A stretch of 32,000 bases of DNA, taken from Candidatus Thorarchaeota archaeon. GTDB taxonomy: Archaea; Asgardarchaeota; Heimdallarchaeia; Hodarchaeales; Hodarchaeaceae. The position numbers were made by a program, and so were the translations under genes. Positions 27,129-32,000 of this stretch are shown one piece after another (position 1 is the first letter of the stretch; each line of letters starts with the position of its first letter). The notes under the pieces are model-generated. The model did no database searches. It was not told where the DNA came from and worked only from the letters and a program-made list of their open reading frames with translations. The stretch lies in NCBI GenBank assembly GCA_048882505.1, contig JBHLRO010000002.1, positions 300,001 to 332,000 of the forward strand, written 5' to 3'.

Positions 27129-27863
27129 TTGATTTCATTAAGAGAAGTATCTAAGGAGTATGAGCTGGGAGAAGTTAGAGTAAATGCTCTGAAAAACCTA
27201 ACTCTTGATATTGATAGAGGCAAATTTGTGGTACTTCTCGGCCCTAGCGGTTCGGGTAAAACAACCCTGTTAAATCTAGTCAGTGCTTTGGATATCCCCA
27301 CTTCAGGTAAAATTCTTATTGATGGAAACGATATATCATTCTATACGCGAAAACAGCGCGCAGTCTTTCGAAGGCTTACAATTGGCTTCATTTTTCAATT
27401 CTTCAATCTTCTACCTACGTTAACTGCGCTCGAAAATATCGAGTTCTCATTAGATCTAGTCGGTGTCGAGGGTGATATGGGATCCCGGTCATTTGATAAG
27501 CATGTTATCCGAGGACAGGCCTTGTATTGGTTGAAGGAGGTAGGTCTAGATAACCGAGCTTCTCACTTTCCAAGTCAGCTATCAGGGGGAGAACAACAAC
27601 GGGTAGCCATAGCAAGGGCCCTTGCCAAAAATCCGCCCATAGTTGTCGCAGACGAACCAACGGGAAATTTGGATTATCGTAATGGCGTTAAAATCCTACG
27701 GTTAATGAAACGTCTCAATGAAACTACGCAAAAGACATTTCTAATTGCTACACACAACCAGCAGATTGCCAAAATTGCGGATGTAATTATTGGAATGCAA
27801 ACGAGAAGCTATAACATGATAATTCAGAAGCAACCTACCGATCTAGATAATATAATTTGGTAG
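27129..27863 (+). CDS. ABC transporter ATP-binding protein (LolD/MacB-type)
   Basis: [44 protein letters not shown]. Confidence 0.97.
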   Translation: MISLREVSKEYELGEVRVNALKNLTLDIDRGKFVVLLGPSGSGKTTLLNLVSALDIPTSGKILIDGNDISFYTRKQRAVFRRLTIGFIFQFFNLLPTLTALENIEFSLDLVGVEGDMGSRSFDKHVIRGQALYWLKEVGLDNRASHFPSQLSGGEQQRVAIARALAKNPPIVVADEPTGNLDYRNGVKILRLMKRLNETTQKTFLIATHNQQIAKIADVIIGMQTRSYNMIIQKQPTDLDNIIW

Positions 27864-27870
27864 CTAGATT

Positions 27871-30570
27871 ATGAGAGCTCTAACACGGAATTGGATAAAA
27901 AAATCCGTTAGGGACATTTTCCGGCAGAAACTGCTATTCTTTGCCCTCTTAATGCTTTGTTTTTTGGGAATTGGATCCTATATTGCTTTAACAATGGGTT
28001 ATACCAATCTCAGCCATACGTACCAAGGATTCTATTCTCAAACTCGCTTTGCTGATGCTGAATTGTTTACATATGAAGGCACATGGTTTAATTTATCACT
28101 CGTGCAAGCTAGAGTTGCTGAATTTAGTGATAAATACCCCGAGATAGAGAGGGTGGATTTTCGGTTGCTGGCAAAGGTGGGACATAATCTTAACCATTCA
28201 AGCACTAAGGAAGGAATTGATCGAAATTACTACAACGAAGGGAGATTAGTAGGGATAGACTGGAACACAGATTATCGGGTTAATGATCTCTTCTTCGAAG
28301 CTGGTAGTTTTTTCGATAAAGCAACTGAAAACACCTCTGTTCTCATTGAAGCCCATTACGCGCACTATTTTGATCTTGAAGTGGGAGATTCTCAATTTAC
28401 TCAGATTTCTGGAAAGAGTCACAACTTTACAATCAGGGGTATTGTCTATAGCCCTGAATATCTGCTTTTAATTCCTTCTCGATACGATTTTTTACCCACA
28501 CACCGTTTTGGAGTAGGATTTCTTCCCTTAGAACATCTTCAAGCCTATAGTAACCTTACAGGTCTTGCCAACAACATAATTATTAAACTTCGAGATGGAA
28601 CATCTCTCAATGATCGTAACCAGATTATTAATGCACTGACATCTACCTTGAACCAATTTACCAGCAATTCGTTTACTCCCCCTATCTTTCAAGAATGGCA
28701 AATTTCGAATTGGGCATTGCAACTTGATCTAGCGGAAATTCGCGAAATTGCGCTGATTCTTCCGACCGTAATTCTCGGTGTAGCAGGAGTTTCCATCTAT
28801 CTCACCCTTGGACGAATTGTCCAAAGCCAGAAGCGGAGCATTGGAATTGCAGCCTCACTTGGTTACCTACCCAACGATATTTTGATCCATTATAGCTTGC
28901 TGGCTCTTTTCATTGGCGTTGTTGGAAGTATTTCCGGTGTTATAGCTGGCGTTCTCATTTCTGGGGTGGTGACGTGGATTTATTCATACTATATGGGATT
29001 TGGGCTCCTAATTGTTATTGTGCCTGAGGTTTCCGTCATTCTAATAGGTACAGTAACAGGGATTGGTGTAAGCGTGGCTAGTGGTATCTTACCTGCTTAT
29101 AAGGCTAGTCGTATGGTACCCCAAGAAGCGCTGCAGACTACATTACACGTAGAATCAGGCAGAAGATCTTTATTGGAACGGTTATTTGTGGTAAATCCCT
29201 TAGGTTTGAAATTAACTATCCCACTGCGTAATCTCACACGTCGGCGGCTACGCACAGCCGCCACGATAGTCGGACTGATGGCCAGTGTCATGATTTTGGT
29301 TGTAGCCTTAGCATTCATTGACTCTATCGGGTCGGGGGTCCATAGGCAATTCTACCAGACTAGCCAATATGATGTTATCGTAAAGTACGATGGGCTCAAT
29401 TATGCTGATCTTGGTGTAAAAGAAGATATTGCTGCTATCACTGACCTAGATCAACCTATTTTGGCAGTGAATCCTGTTTTACAGGTTCCATCTCTGATTC
29501 ATTTCGGTAATATCGAACAGGAGGTACTGATAACAGCGTTCAACACTACCCAGCCCGAGGTCCACAATTTTCAATGGTCTAGTTTGCAAGATGAGATGCT
29601 TAATGATAGTTTGGTCATTTGTTCAGCTCTAGCGACTCGATTTTCACTTGGTCTTGGGAGTAACATTTCTTTTGATTATCCTAAGGTTCCTGGTATTGAT
29701 CTAGCGTTCTATGCCGCCTCTGAGATTTATAACAATGCCTTATACTACGTGAAACCTGATTTGGAAAAAAATGAGACCTACCACGATTTGGCCAGGATTG
29801 AGGCCCTAAAATTCATTGAAAACGTTTTATCAAGGAGTAAGGAACGACTATCGTTTTCAGATGCTAAAAAAATACCTGTGGCTCCAACCAATGCTTCGGT
29901 GTCAGGGATCTCGGAAGAAATCTGGGGTGGATTCATTTACACTCACATTGGGATCCTTACATCACTAATGGGGCTTGATATCTTCCGAACATCGCCTCTT
30001 AACATCGATTTGACTCCATATTCACAATTAATCATCAAAGTTAAAGATCCTGAGAATGTAGGTCAGTTAGAAATATTAAGAGATAAAATTCTGGAAAAGC
30101 TTGATAATGTAAGGTCAATCGAATTTTTCTATGATTATCGTTTGTCTCTCAACATTGTTATGGGAGTATTCAATGCAGTAGTAGGGGTTTTTCTTATTAT
30201 TTCATGCTTGATTGCAGGCACTTCTGTTTTTACCACTATCTTCATCAATTTCCAGGAAAGGAAACGGGAAATCGCTACCATGCTTTCCTTGGGTTTATCT
30301 GATCGTGAATTCCTAATGATGATGACATTGGAAAATATTGTGCAAGCCATCGTTGGGATAATTCTCGGAATCCCCATCGGTTTATGGATGGCAAGTTGGC
30401 TGCTGGATAATGTAATTCGGGTGTTTTACTTCCAGATTCTTATTCATCAAAGCACCTGGATCCTGTTATGGGGTGGAGTCCTCCTGGTTGTATTAATGTC
30501 CCAACTTCCGGCAATCAAGCACAGTATTCAAATGGATTTAACAGAAGTAGCGAAAGAATTAACAACTTGA
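27871..30570 (+). CDS. ABC transporter permease with two FtsX-like domains
   Basis: Two repeats of TM, large extracytoplasmic domain and 3 TM; QKRSIGIAASLGY and ERKREIATMLSLG motifs; directly follows the ATPase. Confidence 0.93.
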   Translation: MRALTRNWIKKSVRDIFRQKLLFFALLMLCFLGIGSYIALTMGYTNLSHTYQGFYSQTRFADAELFTYEGTWFNLSLVQARVAEFSDKYPEIERVDFRLLAKVGHNLNHSSTKEGIDRNYYNEGRLVGIDWNTDYRVNDLFFEAGSFFDKATENTSVLIEAHYAHYFDLEVGDSQFTQISGKSHNFTIRGIVYSPEYLLLIPSRYDFLPTHRFGVGFLPLEHLQAYSNLTGLANNIIIKLRDGTSLNDRNQIINALTSTLNQFTSNSFTPPIFQEWQISNWALQLDLAEIREIALILPTVILGVAGVSIYLTLGRIVQSQKRSIGIAASLGYLPNDILIHYSLLALFIGVVGSISGVIAGVLISGVVTWIYSYYMGFGLLIVIVPEVSVILIGTVTGIGVSVASGILPAYKASRMVPQEALQTTLHVESGRRSLLERLFVVNPLGLKLTIPLRNLTRRRLRTAATIVGLMASVMILVVALAFIDSIGSGVHRQFYQTSQYDVIVKYDGLNYADLGVKEDIAAITDLDQPILAVNPVLQVPSLIHFGNIEQEVLITAFNTTQPEVHNFQWSSLQDEMLNDSLVICSALATRFSLGLGSNISFDYPKVPGIDLAFYAASEIYNNALYYVKPDLEKNETYHDLARIEALKFIENVLSRSKERLSFSDAKKIPVAPTNASVSGISEEIWGGFIYTHIGILTSLMGLDIFRTSPLNIDLTPYSQLIIKVKDPENVGQLEILRDKILEKLDNVRSIEFFYDYRLSLNIVMGVFNAVVGVFLIISCLIAGTSVFTTIFINFQERKREIATMLSLGLSDREFLMMMTLENIVQAIVGIILGIPIGLWMASWLLDNVIRVFYFQILIHQSTWILLWGGVLLVVLMSQLPAIKHSIQMDLTEVAKELTT

Positions 30571-30677
30571 TTTCGGATTTCTTTTCTGACCTGTAACTTC
30601 AAAAACCCGTGTCCATCAAGGAAGCTTTGAAAGCAATTGATTCGTGTTAAACTATTTATTCAAAAATATAACTTGAG

Positions 30678-32000
30678 GTGATAAAAATATCATTCACTGG
30701 CTTTTTGAATGGCTATTGTCGGAAATATGGCACCTGGCTTATGTTTATCCTTCCAATAATCATTCTGTTTTTCATGCTGACGGGAAACTTTGAACCTGGA
30801 AGGGGAGAACTAGCTATTGCGGGCATTTTCTGGGTAGCACTAGTTCTAAACGCGATCGCTTTTAGTCTTCTCGGATTTTTAAATCATAGGGCGTTTTCTA
30901 ACGAAACAAAACGAAAAACCAATGAGGGATTTCCCATTGAGAGTTTAGAAGGTTTTTCTTCTGTTTCGGGATACGTTTCTTCAACTCGTGCCTCAACCAC
31001 TCTGATCACGATTGTTGTCTTCCTTTCGTTGGCTTTGTACCTTGTGGCAATTTCAGTTATCCCCACGTTGGAGCAATTATTGGTTTTATTTCCCGGATTA
31101 GCCGATTCTCTTCCAGCGGATCTTGTTGACAACCTTAAAACCCTCTTAAGACCCGTTATTCTGTTTTCCGCTTTAGGCTTGGTATTAATTGCGCTGGGAA
31201 TACTATTGATTCTTGAAATCCCCGAAAAACCAGCTTTTGAAGTAGGAGCGTTTTTGAGAGTTTTTCAACCTCGTGTAACGCCACTCAGTCTTGATAATCT
31301 TCTTTCTGATAGTATTCAAGCATTTCTTGATCCAATTACGAAAATGCGTTTTGATGAATGGACGGATTCAATCGCTATGGCATTACGCAAGGATTTCGAA
31401 CCTTTGCTCCCTCCACAAACCAGAATGGAACGGGCCCGTGAAAAAATACTTCTGTTGTTCTATTTGCGAAAGAGAATGCCTCTCCAGCTGCCAACAAAAG
31501 TTTTCGAGGATGAACTTACAGAAATCATTCGGGCGGAACACTTGAGAAGTCTTCAGGAAGGGGAAGCCTCAGGAATTAATTTTTCAGTATTTAATGAGAT
31601 CTTTGATCGCCTCCATAAACGAATCCCAGAGGTATTCGCCACAATCGACCGTTTGATAATAGAACTTACCGACAATCTTGCTAATTTTATGGAAAATGAA
31701 GATATCTGGGTTTCGATTTCTGCCCCTGTAAAGGTAAGTGGAAATCGGCATCCATTTCGAATTTTAGCGTTTGCACTGAATCGAAACACGATGGAGTTTA
31801 GCCAAAAGAAAAGGCCCGTTACTTTTCACTTACAAGGTGCCCAGAATTCCTTTATGGAGAGGATTGAGTACGTCTTTTCGTTGGATGAAGCAGAACGTAT
31901 AGACATTGCAGAAACTCAGCTTCCTTTCGTAAGTTCAAAGGGGAATGACATAATTGGAATTTTAAGCCGTATTTTGCAGATAGGTGACGCGGTTTGGTTT
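30678..32000 (+). CDS. Hypothetical membrane protein (about 4 TM + large soluble domain), truncated at window end
   Basis: Manual translation shows a stop-free frame from GTG 30678 to the end (...MFILPIIILFF...LEIPEKPAFEVG...DPITKMRFDEW...ILQIGDAVWF). It is absent from the ORF track because it has no stop; exact start uncertain. Confidence 0.85.
   Translation, partial: MIKISFTGFLNGYCRKYGTWLMFILPIIILFFMLTGNFEPGRGELAIAGIFWVALVLNAIAFSLLGFLNHRAFSNETKRKTNEGFPIESLEGFSSVSGYVSSTRASTTLITIVVFLSLALYLVAISVIPTLEQLLVLFPGLADSLPADLVDNLKTLLRPVILFSALGLVLIALGILLILEIPEKPAFEVGAFLRVFQPRVTPLSLDNLLSDSIQAFLDPITKMRFDEWTDSIAMALRKDFEPLLPPQTRMERAREKILLLFYLRKRMPLQLPTKVFEDELTEIIRAEHLRSLQEGEASGINFSVFNEIFDRLHKRIPEVFATIDRLIIELTDNLANFMENEDIWVSISAPVKVSGNRHPFRILAFALNRNTMEFSQKKRPVTFHLQGAQNSFMERIEYVFSLDEAERIDIAETQLPFVSSKGNDIIGILSRILQIGDAVWF

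Noticed and set aside
177-31789. Numerous 60-130 aa ORFs antisense to or out of frame within larger genes (e.g. 177-443, 7865-8179, 10172-10492, 12374-12769, 14187-14525, 18235-18588, 20410-20760)
   Set aside because: Shadow ORFs of well-supported genes, with Ser-rich antisense composition and no motifs.
30571-32000. Apparent non-coding or pseudogene region at the right end
   Set aside because: Manual translation shows an intact open frame that simply lacks a stop within the window.

Overview
Gene-dense archaeal chromosomal window, very probably from an Asgard archaeon (Heimdallarchaeia-like). That assignment is inferred from a strikingly eukaryote-like primase pair (PriL/PriS), a longin-like protein, a membrane-anchored RING protein and a PAC2 chaperone. 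It holds about 27 CDSs: replication/repair genes (Hef, priL-priS), glyco/metabolic enzymes, an ABC-FtsX exporter, several membrane proteins, and a final ORF that runs off the right edge and is missing from the ORF track. No rRNA, tRNA, CRISPR array or transposase was seen. The best candidate for an undescribed system is a translationally coupled minus-strand trio at 7855-10758: two paralogous AAA+ ATPase-winged-helix proteins plus an apparently inactivated Mrr-like nuclease-fold protein. It lies directly downstream of a ~1 kb ORF-free region with repeated palindromic boxes and AT-rich patches, a possible origin or operator array. Also notable: PriL homology to eukaryotic p58 extends upstream of the called ATG, implying a non-AUG start or a readthrough. 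All homology calls are from motif recognition by eye; no database search was run.
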